A stretch of DNA of 63,472 nt, the filler included, from Folioceros fuciformis (Eukaryota): the NCBI GenBank assembly GCA_049999805.1. It is 7 parts of 7 records of this genome, joined end to end, with 100 filler letters (N's around TTAATTAATTAA, not from the genome) between each part and the next. Parts side by side here need not be neighbours in the genome. Positions count along the whole stretch, not along the records: positions 6,104 to 20,315 come from JBNGIO010000993.1; positions 20,416 to 31,896 come from JBNGIO010000994.1; 5 more parts are not named here. One strand, 5' to 3'. Below are positions 13,701-28,009 of this stretch, one piece after another. Position 1 is the stretch's first letter. Every line of letters begins with the position of its first letter. The notes under the pieces are model-generated. The model was not told where the DNA came from. It ran no database searches and was given only the letters and a program-made list of their open reading frames with translations. The position numbers and the translations under genes were made by a program.

Positions 13701-14759
13701 ATGGTGTGCCTGGAGCGAGCAGCCAGCATCGCTCTCCTTGGGCTCACTGTCGCACCTCTTTTTGTCCACGTCGATCCTAATATCAATGTGGTGGCAACAG
13801 CTTGCTTGACTGTGTTCGTAGGTTGTCACCGTTCGGTGAAGCCTGCACCACCAACCGAGACTATGTCCAAGGAGCACGCCGTGCGCTTTCCCTTCATTGG
13901 GAGCGCCGTTTTGCTCTCCCTCTTCCTCCTCTTCAAATTCATTCCCAAGGATGTGATCAATTCGGTTCTTACCCTCTACTTTTTTGTACTTGGAGTACTG
14001 GCCTTGTCGGCCACAATTTTGCCACTCATCTGCCCCTTCCTCCCGCCCAGCTGGAACGACGACACTAAATCTCTGAAGATCCCGTATGTCAAGAATGTGG
14101 AATTAGACTTCACCACCTCGCAACTGATAGCAGCTATACCAGGCACCTGTTTCTGCGTGTGGTATGTGGCGAAGAAGCACTGGCTGGCGAACAATACTCT
14201 GGGTTTGGCCTTTTCAATTCAAGGGATTGAGATGTTGTCCCTGGGCTCTTTCAAAATAGGTGCCATCTTACTGGCAGGTCTCTTCGTCTACGACATTTTC
14301 TGGGTGTTTTTCACGCCGGTGATGGTCAGTGTGGCCAAGTCATTTGATGCTCCTATCAAGCTGGTGTTCCCAACTGGGGACCCCATTCGCCCGTTCTCCA
14401 TGTTAGGGCTTGGTGACATTGTTATTCCAGGTATTTTTGTGGCTCTAGCTCTGCGGTTTGATGTGTCCCGAGGGAACCGTAGGCGCTATTTCTTGAGTGC
14501 CTTCGGGGGTTACACTGCGGGATTGGTAGTCACAATCATAGTGATGAATTGGTTCCAGGCAGCCCAACCTGCCCTGCTTTACATCGTGCCGGGAGTGGTT
14601 GGCTTTGTGGGAGCCCACTGTGCCGTCAATGGTGAGATCAAGCCACTTCTCGAGTTCGACGAGTCAAAGGGTGCAGAGGAAGGTACAGGATCCGCTGAGG
14701 CTTCTGCCGCAGAGGCATCTTCTGCTGACAAGAAATCAGGCACGGATAAGTCTGATTGA
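13701..14759 (+). CDS. SPP: Signal peptide peptidase (GxGD aspartyl intramembrane protease), intronless
   Basis: Motifs KHWLANN, LFVYDIFWVF (YD), LGLGDIVIPG (GxGD) and QPALLYIVP (PAL). Probable start is MVCLERAAS at 13701. Confidence 0.96.
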   Translation: MVCLERAASIALLGLTVAPLFVHVDPNINVVATACLTVFVGCHRSVKPAPPTETMSKEHAVRFPFIGSAVLLSLFLLFKFIPKDVINSVLTLYFFVLGVLALSATILPLICPFLPPSWNDDTKSLKIPYVKNVELDFTTSQLIAAIPGTCFCVWYVAKKHWLANNTLGLAFSIQGIEMLSLGSFKIGAILLAGLFVYDIFWVFFTPVMVSVAKSFDAPIKLVFPTGDPIRPFSMLGLGDIVIPGIFVALALRFDVSRGNRRRYFLSAFGGYTAGLVVTIIVMNWFQAAQPALLYIVPGVVGFVGAHCAVNGEIKPLLEFDESKGAEEGTGSAEASAAEASSADKKSGTDKSD

Positions 14760-14957
14760 AGAGTCTCTTTGTTTTTTTTTTCCCTCTCCTCTGCACTACT
14801 GCGAGCAGAAGAAGAGGTGGTAGTCAACTTCTCATGTTACCCCCGGAGCACAACCAGACCAGGTAGAGACCCTGGATGTTCTGGATGTCACCCTTTGTGT
14901 AAGGTCGAAAACTGGCCAAAAGGATGTCGATTTGGAGACCCCGTTCTTTTCTCTTAA

Positions 14958-16552
<1,595 letters not shown>

Positions 16553-17426
16553 TGGGGGGCTGGCCGATGAAGAGGAAAGCAAGGTGTGGTCAGTGCTGGG
16601 CCACTCGGTGACGGATGAATGCATCGTCTCATAGCATCGTTCACAACCTCAATTGTTCATTTGGGCCATAAACATGGGTATTGATGCCGTTTTGGGGAAT
16701 GAACGCTTGTCCTCGGCATTCTAGAAAGAGGCTTGTGTGTGAGGCGAGGTGTCACAGCCCGCCCCTCCGACTCGAAAATGGAACCAGTCTGCATCGGGTC
16801 AGAAATATGCAATGCCTTCCCTCCTCTGTTTTGCCGACAATGAGCTGCCATCAGTGCATTCCAGGAGCCTACTTTTCGCACAGGTCACCTATCAATGCAA
16901 TGCTCCTACTCTTCGTTTACATACAGACCAGAATGCCACCCACCAATACGAGACCCAGACTCACCTTTCCAGCGCCAGACTCACCTTCTCAACGCATGCC
17001 TGTGTCTGCGCATACTCTCCGCAGATCATCTTATTTGCTGCACGCTCTGGCAGGTTCTCACGGGCTGCGTAACAAATGCGCAGGTGCATACAGTACATGC
17101 TCGGCTCAAGCGAGAGCCTTCCCTCTCTTCTAGCATGAACCGAAGGCACGGAAATTTAGGGCTAGCGGGGAGTGTGCTACGGCCTCGGGGTCCATGGTGT
17201 CTTACAAACATGCACCCTGTACATGGGGGACGATTAGGCGGAAGCTAAGGAAATGTGCATCACGGTACGTGACGTGGTCGTTGAGCAGGGCATGACACTT
17301 GGCGATTTGTATGGAGCTAGGGTTGTGCAGGTGCAACGAGCAAAAGAAATCGACATAACGTAAGTGCCTACGGATCTAGGCAGCTGTACCTGTAATTGGA
17401 GGTTGAGTCCGGTTGAAGGAAAAAGG

Positions 17427-19499
17427 ATGCGCAAGCTCGACGATGGCGAGTCATGTGATCTGTGGACGGATGGCCTCTTGTGCGCCTACGAGTATGCGCC
17501 CCGTAAGAGTGGAGAGAAGAACGGCAACATCTCGAATGTGTTGAAGGCTGCAGGCGAGCAAGGAACAAGCAGTACCTTTGGAGCTGCCGCTCTTCCTCTT
17601 CCTCCTCGTCCTGCTCCACTGCCGCAGGTGCAGCACGATGGCATCTCGGTTGCTCACTGGATTCCCATCGGTTGGGCCAGAATCATGGAGTTGGTCCAAT
17701 TGGTCCGCGTGGATGCGGAGTGGATGTCGCAGCCGCGGGACCTCCTGGACGACGACGATTCCAGCGTGAGCGTGGCCGCCGTCTTGGCTCCCTACTGGCA
17801 ACCAGCCGGAGGCCCGACATGGTGGTGTCATTTGTTGGCGGATCATCCGCATGTGAGGAAGTGGTTGGAACACGCACAATGGCTGTACCCTGCCGTCTCT
17901 GCCGCTCTCAGGGACGAGAGCCGTCTCATCAGTGACCGAATGAAGCATCTGTACTACGAGGTGCGTCTCCTGCACAAACGACAGGCTGCTGCTCTGGTGG
18001 CACGGCCGCTTGCAAGTGATGCAAATGATGTCGCAGGTGCCGGTACGTGTTGCGGGGGGCCTCTTGTTCGAGCTCCTGGGACAGTCGATTGGAGAGCGGG
18101 CGGAGGAGAATGTGCCCGTGGTTCTTCGCTCTTGGCAAGCAGAACATTACCTCATCACAGCCATGCATGTCAAGGGGGAGGTTGCCAAGCTCAATGTGCT
18201 CGGTGTCACCGAAGTTCAGGTGAGAGTGGAACCCTTGTCGTCCATCACTGCACATCGCAGCGAAGATGAACGGATTCCGTCTCCTGTGTCACGCCTCGTG
18301 ACAGGATCTTGTAGGCGCTGGTGGTGCCGAGTCCCCGAAGACCGTTCATGAGGTGATTGCGCTCCTAGTCTGCCGCCTTGCCAGGTGGGATGACAGGTTG
18401 GTACCGTCACACCGACGCGGCCTGCGGTGATACGACACGGCTCATTAGCGAAGGCGGCTCATGTGCTTTGCTGCCATTGCGAACCAGGTTGTTCCGGAAA
18501 CTCTACTTCGGTGCGGCAGATGAAGTGGAGTTGAAGTTCATGAACAGGTAGGTTGCGCAAACCTCTGCGTCATTGCCCTGCATGATGTGGCTTAGCTGAG
18601 ACACCAACACCGCCTTTCCGCAGGACAGAAAAGGAGGACCTTCGTTTGCTTACCCTCATTTTAAATCAGGAGATTCGTCGGCTTTCATCGTCGGTATGCA
18701 TCTCGTCTGGTGACAGCTGCTTGCTTAGGATGCGTTGCCCGTTTGATTTCCACCGGAGGTAACGTTGTGGTGCCTTCCGACAGGTGATCAGAGTGAAATG
18801 GTCCTTGCATGCTCGAGACGATATCATCTTCGAGCTCACGGAGCACCTGAGAGGCAAATGCACGCAGCTCATTCTGAAGCAGACGAGGCAGAACACGAGG
18901 GAGATGATAGGGGAGCAAGAAGCTGTGCGCGACAGGCTCTTCACCATCCAAGATGTGATGCAGAGCACCGTGCGGGCCGGCCTGCAGGTGAGCCCTCCGC
19001 TGCGCACCGTTGCCGCGCTTGCGTGCCCGGTAGCAAGCATACCTGACTCGGTGTTTCTGTGATGCATGCTATGCCTACACCTCAGGATAAGAGCGTGAGG
19101 ATCCAGCACAACCTAGCGGTAATCGGAGGCGTGGGACTGTTGCTCTCCATCGCGACGGGTCTGTTCGGAGTGAACTTGGACGGGATACCAGGAGGCGACA
19201 AGAGCTCATACGCCTTCACGGTGTTCTGCGGATGCTTGGCACTATCGGGAGCCACGCTTATAATCCTGGGAATGGTGTTCCTGGGCTACAGCAAGCCAAT
19301 CCCCGAAGACCGCCTCATAACTCGCACCATGGAGCTGCAGGACTTGGTGAAGTCGTTTCAGCAGGCAGCGGAGAGTCACGCCAAATTGCAAAACAATTAT
19401 TCCTCCCCGGCCCCGGATATCATTCCGGCCGATGCCGCCTTCAACGTGGTTCCTCTCGCCTCGGGCCTGGACACCCGGGACTACTTGCTCATCGCTTGA
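17427..19499 (+). CDS. Plant CorA-like (Mg2+ transporter superfamily) protein, multi-exon
   Basis: DLWTDGLLCAYE, GPTWWCH, ALRDESRLISDRMKHLYYE|VPVRVAGGLLFELLGQS, QEAVRDRLFTIQDVMQSTVRA, and C-terminal TM pair with GLFGVNLDGIPG (GxN motif). The start is uncertain. Confidence 0.88.
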
Positions 19500-20036
19500 T
19501 CCGGGGACGCGAAGGTCGAGGTGATTCGCCTTTCGGTTGAGTTCGCTTCTCCGGTTCCGAGAAGCGAGGCAGGGGCCAGTAGGCCTAGCTGTGCCCTAAA
19601 TTTCGTACCGCAATCTTCCAGCTCAAATTGTTATAAGGTTCCCCTGTAAGACTCGCAACGGATCCTGCAGGGGAGCTAGGTAGCTGATTGAGGTTTGTGC
19701 GCAGTGCAAGGCCCTGTTGCAAGCGTTGGTGTCCCAGCAGGTACAAGGCGGGCGGGAGTCTGCGTTTCGCACTGTGCGTGCACCTGCTGTCAGTCACATC
19801 CTAGTTCGGCCTACTTGTCTGTCCCCCGCGGAGTTAGGCCAGCGGGTGGGGGTGGGTTGCATGTTGTCCCCGGTATGCGGCGCGGACCAGGAGCCCTGGA
19901 GTTTGGTTCGGTAAATCGTGGGAGCTCAGCCTATATATGGGTCACCGGGGAATGAATGGTATGGGGTGACGCGTGTAGGCTTAGTTGGTAGGCTCTCTAA
20001 TGACATGCTCAGGTCGGACATTCCACAGTGACACCT

Positions 20037-20315
20037 ATGGGAACTGAAGGGGAGCACGGTGCACCTTCTGAAACGGTTGAAACCGGCATCAGCCTTGTGT
20101 CTCCTGGCTCGATGCAATGGCCCAAGAGGGCTATTCCTTCCAGAAATCCGTCTCCTGGACCGAGTCTGGGCAAGTTGGGTTCTGACGGAGGCAGGTTTTT
20201 GCAAGAATCCGAGAGGGATTATCAGGGAGGTGGAGGCGGAGGCGTCACTTTCTCAGCAGCTCAGCAGGGGCAGGCCGGTGATGGAGAAGCTGCGAGGCAG
20301 CAGCCTGTATGCAAC
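20037..20315 (+). CDS. N-terminal fragment of an unidentified protein, truncated by the gap
   Basis: Open frame MGTEGEHGAPSE... runs into the spacer, preceded by a possible 5'UTR intron acceptor (ttccacag). No recognisable domain. Confidence 0.4.
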
Positions 20316-20415
20316 NNNNNNNNNNNNNNNNNNNNNNNNNNNNNNNNNNNNNNNNNNNNTTAATTAATTAANNNNNNNNNNNNNNNNNNNNNNNNNNNNN
20401 NNNNNNNNNNNNNNN
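20316..20415. other. Artificial contig spacer
   Basis: N44-TTAATTAATTAA-N44. Confidence 0.97.
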
Positions 20416-20664
20416 CCTACTCCCAACAAGGGACCCGCGACAGGGCCTGTCAGCGTTGCTAATGGCGTGGTGTTCGGAACCGAATTCGACTCCACCGGCC
20501 GCGTCTACGCCCTGGACGGCAAGACAGGCCACGTGCTGTGGCATTACGACTCTATGAAGGGATCCAGCCAAGGCGGGATTGCGATTTCCCAGGGCTGCGC
20601 TTTCGTGGGATCGGGCTACAGTTCCGGCCCGGGAACATCCCTGTACGCCTTCTGCGTGGGGTGA
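20416..20664 (+). CDS. 3' end (last exon) of a PQQ-type beta-propeller / polyvinyl-alcohol-dehydrogenase-like gene
   Basis: PTPNKGPATGPVSVANGVVFG..VYALDGKTGHVLWHY..GCAFVGSGY..LYAFCVG-stop. The first 47 bp are the exact reverse complement of 38947-38993. Confidence 0.88.
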   Translation, partial: PTPNKGPATGPVSVANGVVFGTEFDSTGRVYALDGKTGHVLWHYDSMKGSSQGGIAISQGCAFVGSGYSSGPGTSLYAFCVG

Positions 20665-20861
20665 ACGTGGTTTTCTCGGCTCTCACGCTCGGAGAACCCG
20701 TACAGCGGCTCACCAGTGCTGGGCTCTGCGCTCCAGTACCAACATTTGTTGATCGCACACAAATTGCCTTACAGTAGTCTATTGTAGTTGCCTGGCTTGA
20801 AGACAGCCACCTCACATAATCTCCAAATAATTTTCAGAGTGTACCGAAGGATCTCTCGCGA

Positions 20862-21210
20862 CACGTCAAATGCTGAAACATTTGGGAAGGATCTGTCGAC
20901 CACACCTCAGCATTTCACACTTCAAATGCTGAAAATTTGGGAAGGATCTCTCGACCACACTTCAGCATTCCACACTTCAAATGCTGAAACATTTTGGGAA
21001 GGATCTCTGGACCACACTTCAAATGCTGAAACATTTTGGGAAGGATCTCTCGACCACACTTCAGCATTCCACACTTCAAATGCTAAAACATTTTGGGAAG
21101 GATCTCTCGACCACACTTCAGCATTGCACACTTTAAATGCTGAAACATTTTGGGAAGGATCTCCCGACCACACTTCAGCATTCCACACTTCAAATGCTGA
21201 AACATTTGAA
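20862..21210. repeat. 57-bp minisatellite (~6 copies, one shortened) with an internal inverted repeat AATGCTGAA...TTCAGCATT
   Basis: Unit TTCAAATGCTGAAACATTTTGGGAAGGATCTCTCGACCACACTTCAGCATTCCACAC; it produces spurious TSNAETFWEGSLDHTSAFH repeat ORFs. Confidence 0.92.
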
Positions 21211-21664
21211 AATGAAATCCTCTTAGTAGTATTCTCAAGATCTTGAAGTTCTTAATACGATCCGAAGCTTGATCTTGAAGTTCTTAATAAGATCCAAGTG
21301 TAGGATGCTTGATCTTAAGTTCCTAGTCCTAATCCTTGATCTCAAGCTTAGGATGCTTGAACCAAAGTTCTTATAAATTTGTGTCCATTTTGCCTAAGCC
21401 ATTTGGACCTGACCAAAGGGGGCACTATTAGGTTGTTGTATGTACAGTATCCATATATGTGGAAAGGAGATGTATATATATGATGTAAGAATTTGGCTAG
21501 CTAAATTAAAGTGGTAATGTCGATTGAACTGCTTATGGGAAAGTGTCCGTGTGCGCCGGCGAGAAATGCGAGCTGAGCGACGTGAGCCTGGTTGGGGACT
21601 TGTGGTGAATCGAACGAGAATGGCGGTATGTGAGGGCTAGGTCGTGTGCATGTCGGGATGTTGA

Positions 21665-23071
<1,407 letters not shown>

Positions 23072-23524
23072 TTCTTCTCACCAATCTGTAGCTCTTGTAC
23101 CATTGATACGCAAGGAGTTGATCGTGCTGGTGCTGGAACCTGTCTTCGCAGTTAGCTTGTAGTTTTCTTTTTGTGATTCTGTATAGCCGGATTCACGTCA
23201 TGCAACCAAAATTGTTTCCCTTCACAAGGGACGTATGCCAACACTGCTGCCACTTTCTCAGAGAAGGCTGTATACCAAAACTTGTACACAGAAAGCTGGA
23301 TACCAATTATTCGTTGCTGATGGTTGGATGCCGTCCCCCTTATCAGAACAATATTACTTCTTCCAGGGAGCATGGATGTTTACCAGCAGGCAAGGATGGT
23401 TGTCAAGGTTCACCAAAGGATGAACCTAGCTGAATGGCAACAGTCACACCACTAATGGCCTGGAGACCTACCTGGCCATCTTTCGTTTTGTCGAAGCACT
23501 ACGCACCCTGTGCAAGCTAGACCG

Positions 23525-23532
23525 AAACCCTA
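23525..23532 (+). promoter_or_regulatory. Telo-box (AAACCCTA) upstream of the methyltransferase gene
   Basis: Exact motif about 55 bp upstream of the ATG at 23587. Confidence 0.45.
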
Positions 23533-23586
23533 ATACTTGATCTCTGTTTGTAGGCTACCAGTGGCGTGATTCTCCAGTCCGGGCTC

Positions 23587-25443
23587 ATGGCGGGCGAAGG
23601 GGGCGGAGAGACGCTGAGGTTGCAGGCTTTGTGCAACGCCTTATTGGCGTCTGTCTCAGCAGGGTCAGCAGCCCCGGGGCCTGGTAGTCCCACTCCCCCT
23701 GATGTGGAGTCTCTACAAGCAGCCCTGGTAGAAATGGTGCACGCAATGCGGCCGCAGGAGCGCAAGGCTGCTGTGGGACCTTTATTGCGGTTGCTGCAGG
23801 GTGCAGAGACCACAGATGGTGTTGCTGATGCTGCTGCGGCGGCTATGGCACTTTGTTGTGGGGCGTCTGCGTCTGGGCCTTCCCTGTATCGCATCTTCAC
23901 CTTTTCGCCCTCCATCCACGTTCATGTATTGTGGTACAACTGCAAGCGCTTTGCGAATGGTGTCTTGTGTTATGGCTCGTTAGTCTGCTTTGAAGTCCCT
24001 GTCCCGGTGATGAGAGATTTAGTAATCGGAGGTTGCACAGCTGGTAGCTGCCGTCATTGCTCCTTCTTCACAGCACTGTCATTGCTCAGTGCTGTGACAA
24101 AGTCGCAGCGGTGACCGCCGTGCTCTGGCTGCAAATGTGCACAGGACGATACATGGCAATATATTTTGAGGGACAAGATTCGTTTGCTGCTGATACACAG
24201 CCGAATGACTTTTTTGTAGTCACGTGATTTCATGGCCTGCAGGTGCAGGAGATGGAGTACGCACAAGGGGGACTGGGGTGGAAGGTTTGGGGTTCATCGT
24301 TGGTGATGGCCAGCCATTTAATGGGGATGCAAGAAGTATTGCGTGGGAAGTCGGTGCTTGAGCTGGGCAGCGGGTGCGGGTTATGTGGATTGTTGTTAGC
24401 TAAGCTGGGGGCCAGTCGTGTAGTTCTTTCGGATTACAATCCCCACATTCTCCAAAACCTGTGCAGGAGTGTTGCTCTCCTTCCTGCTGAACTTGCAGAC
24501 AGCTATAATGTCCTTCGTGCGTCCAATCCATGGGACGGTGATAGTGAGACCGGAGGGGGAGGCAGGGGCGGCTATGACTTTGTATACCAAGGTAACGGTG
24601 CATCCCGCAATGATCAAGAGACGCCGAGAACGTGTGATGTGCAAGTTCGACTGTTGGATTGGTTTGAGGACGCACAGAAGGATCTCATCCCCCCAAAGAC
24701 TCTGCAGGTTGCTTTCTCTACGAGCTTGTTCACTGAAACGATGGAATGCTGTCTGTATTTTGGAGGTCTTCCTAGGGCCATTGTTGTGTTGGATGAACTC
24801 GGGTTTGAAAAAATCCTGATCCGTGTTCTGCCTGTCACTAGGGTGGTAAGGAGTTTCCACCGAAACTGCCACCGAGCGAGAGGTTTGACATCATCATTGG
24901 AAGCGACTTACTCTACGAGCAGAGATCCCTGCAGCCCCTGGTTGTAAGTTGAGATCCTGCAAGCATTAAGGCTGCTGAGTGGCTTTTGTGTCCAGGCCTG
25001 CGCAAGTTGTTCCTCATTTGTCTGGATTGTGACTGCCCTGAAGGGTATGACGCTGAGCACCAAGTGATTGCGGAGTGGTTTATCTGTTCAGCTCTTGATC
25101 GTGTGTTTTAAGGTTATGCAGAACGGTACGATCAAGAGGAAGGTCGTGTGAACTTCTTTGTTGATTGTGTCACGTTGTGCAGTCATTGTCTACGGCTCGA
25201 CTGTCATCTCCGCATGGGCAGGCTCTCTTCGTTGCTCCTGTGAGGGAGCTGGGCTTGCTGGACGATTTCCTGGCTGATCTGGCGAATGTTGGATTAGTGA
25301 CAGAAGTGGCTCACGTCGGTTCTCAGGAGTGGGATGAGTGCTGCAAAATGAGTGGTCAGGAAATTGTGGACGCTGGTGAGACGTGGCATGGCCCGGACTA
25401 CTACGCAGGAGGTGTCGTAGCCGTCTCGGTTCGTTGGCCTTAA
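23587..25443 (+). CDS. Seven-beta-strand protein lysine methyltransferase-like protein (METTL21/EEF2KMT family), multi-exon
   Basis: GLGWKVWGSS, motif I VLELGSGCGLCG, VVLSDYN, VRLLDW and FDIIIGSDLLYE. Some exon boundaries are approximate. Confidence 0.85.
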
Positions 25444-25649
25444 TTGTTTCTGAAACTGGCAACGTGTGTGATGTTCTTGTACTGAAGACAAGCCCTGACC
25501 TCGGAAACAATTTTGAGCACCGTCCAGTAGTGGTGTGCACTTCACTAACTCTCTTATCCTTCGAGATTCTTCGAAATGTAGAACAGATAGAACCAGTGGC
25601 GGCCGCAAGGAGTGGTGATTTTGATGACTTTCATCCCCAAACCCATGCC

Positions 25650-26160
25650 TGACCTACGTGTAAAATATGTCTATTTCATGCTTTGCCTATTTGTAAAATA
25701 TGTCTCTTCTGTATCTAGCTACAGAGTAACCCAACGCCTAGCCTACTTGTAAAAGAGGTCTAGTTGATACTGAGATACAACTATGTTCCGTCCCTGCCCG
25801 ATTCCTGGCCTTGTGAAATATTTCTATTTTACACCTGGTTGTAGGTAGACCGAGAATGAGGAAAAACCTTTCTTTTCCTTTCTGTAAGCTTTTTTTTCTC
25901 CTTATGTAAGCTTTTCTTCGCTTTATGTAAGCTTTTTTTTTTGCTGAAAGCTCCTAACATGCCACGCAGTCTCACGTTTCTGAAAGCTCCTAACAGTCCC
26001 ATGCGCGGTTGGCCTGGCATCCGGAGGCACTCTCTGTGAACTCCAAACAGTCCCACGCACCTTTACAGTCAGCTCCGACCAATCCCACGCACCTTTACTG
26101 CAAACTCCTAACGGTCCCAGGCACCTTTTCTGTAGGCTACTAACAGTCCCACTGCCTACT
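25650..26160. repeat. Degenerate short-repeat region (CCTACTTGTAAAA-like x3; GCTCCTAACAGTCCC-like x~6), probable transposon remnant
   Basis: Recurrent motifs in a non-coding interval between convergent genes. Confidence 0.55.
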
Positions 26161-26433
26161 TGGATGCGACCTCTCGAGTGAGTACTAAATCAAACAGCGA
26201 AGTTCAAAGCAAAAGGCTTTTGGACCATTTGCTTGCCATAATAAAATTACATGGACACCGCTTTAGTTCGGTCCGTCGCCTGTCAATCGTGGAGTACACC
26301 TACCTCTGAACCAATGAAAAGCACAATTCGTGAGGGACCTTCGTGAGTGGGACACTCATCAGACCCACTACACTAGAAATGACCCACCAAACCAAGATGT
26401 AGGACGGGATGGGGGAAGGTGGGGAATACACCC

Positions 26434-27730
26434 TCACGCTTCGGTGAAAAGACTCCAGTTGTTGATTTTGAAAGTTTTGAGCAGCATTTGGAAAATGTCA
26501 GCTGCTTCCATGCACCCTGACAAAGCAGCCTCAGTTGTTGCACCAACTCCAACTGTGTGTGCACTGTGGCTATGTTCACTAGACAGGACGAAACTCGCCA
26601 TTAGATCGCAAATTTAGCAGTCCAATTGCAGTCCATTGTAGCAAAACCTAGTTTTCCTTTCCACGATAGACATAGACTTAGCAAAATACAAATCTATCTT
26701 CCACACCTGATGAACAAGGGCTCGTACACCGTGATTAGCACATCCGTGTTTACACTGCGCAACCGAAAATTTGCCAGATACACCTGCACTTGCCACAGAC
26801 TATCGACTTTACTCCTTCGATACATGCCAAGAGGACGAGAAGCAGATAACACACCGATGCAAGCTTCAGTGTCGAAGAGAACGTACCCTTACGATATTGC
26901 GTGCGTCCACACCTTGCCTGCCCTTTGAAACTGCCTGCATGCATATACTCACCGTAAGCGCAATAGCCAAAAATCGTTGTCAGACATAAAAGGAACATCT
27001 TCCATGTCAGCGGCCCTGTACCAGTTTCCCAACAGCAGCGGTCATTACAGTGGAGGGATCAAGAAAAGGAGCATCCGCTGGTGGCACGTTTCTCACAGCC
27101 TCCACAACCTGGATCAAAACTACCACCACGAGTTGATATGAGGAGCCTAAACCTTTTTTGGCTACATTACGCTGCAGTTTGAGCTGAGTGTCAGCAAATG
27201 CATGCAAAGGGCATGACTCCCTCAAGGGGAACCGGTACTCACAAAGTCCTGGCCGGCATCCTGCTCTCCGGCTAAGTCTTGGAGGAACCAAGCCGCACTC
27301 TGGTGATCAGCCACATCTCTCTCCATCTCAAGCAGCTCCACGACGATGCTCTCATCGCGATCAGCGTCCACGTACGCTTCCTGCAGCATCCCGCATCGCA
27401 TCTTCAGGAGGCACCTTTCCACCACTCCAGAAGGCGTTGCTGCACACCACGCCCTCTGTTGCAATGATCAATCATACCTGATTGTTTGGAACTTGTCGAA
27501 TTTCGCTCACATCCTACCAAGCCACACAGACTTGGCACCGTCAACCTCAAACGGCTTCCTAGGGACTTCCGATTCCCTCGCGCTTACCACGCAGGGCCTA
27601 GAGACTGCTAGGAGTAGCGGCTTCTGACCTGGAATCGGGAGGGGAAGCAGCACTGAATTGCGCCTCCAAAGAGAGGCTGAGGTTCGCATGCTTCGCTCCC
27701 AGCATTGCCGCCCAATTGCGAGTGCGCCAT
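26434..27730 (-). CDS. MOG1: Ran guanine-nucleotide release factor MOG1, 7 short exons
   Basis: Manual splicing gives MAHSQ..PLFGGAIQCCFPSRFQ|DVSEIRQVPNNQ|EAYVDADRDESIVVELLE..AAWFLQDLAGEQDA|..|AVSKGRQG..|VYLANFRLRSVNTDVLITVYEP|..TFKINNWSLFTEA-stop. All junctions are GT-AG. Confidence 0.92.
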
Positions 27731-28009
27731 GACTCACCGCCGACTGCCGTCAGGACAGCGCGAAAGGAAAAGCCGGACAGAGTAAAGTTGACGACACTTG
27801 ACCTGTTTTGACTCGAGTTTTGGCGGTTTGCTCTTTCCCAAGGAAGCCAGGGATTTCGTATGTGGCCTGCACTTTGCAAGCTAGTTTCATGCAACAATCC
27901 ATGGAAAGGCGTGAGGCATCGTCTTGTGGACTGGTTGCTGCTGTGTGGTGCTCTGCTCTGCCGCAGTCCGGCCACCCTTGCAATCAAGCGGAAGCGTACT
28001 TGAACCAAC

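Noticed and set aside
20788-21246. CRISPR-like array or repeat-protein ORFs
   Set aside because: The units are near-identical with no unique spacers and no cas genes, in a eukaryotic context. The ORFs arise because the 57-bp unit is a multiple of three.
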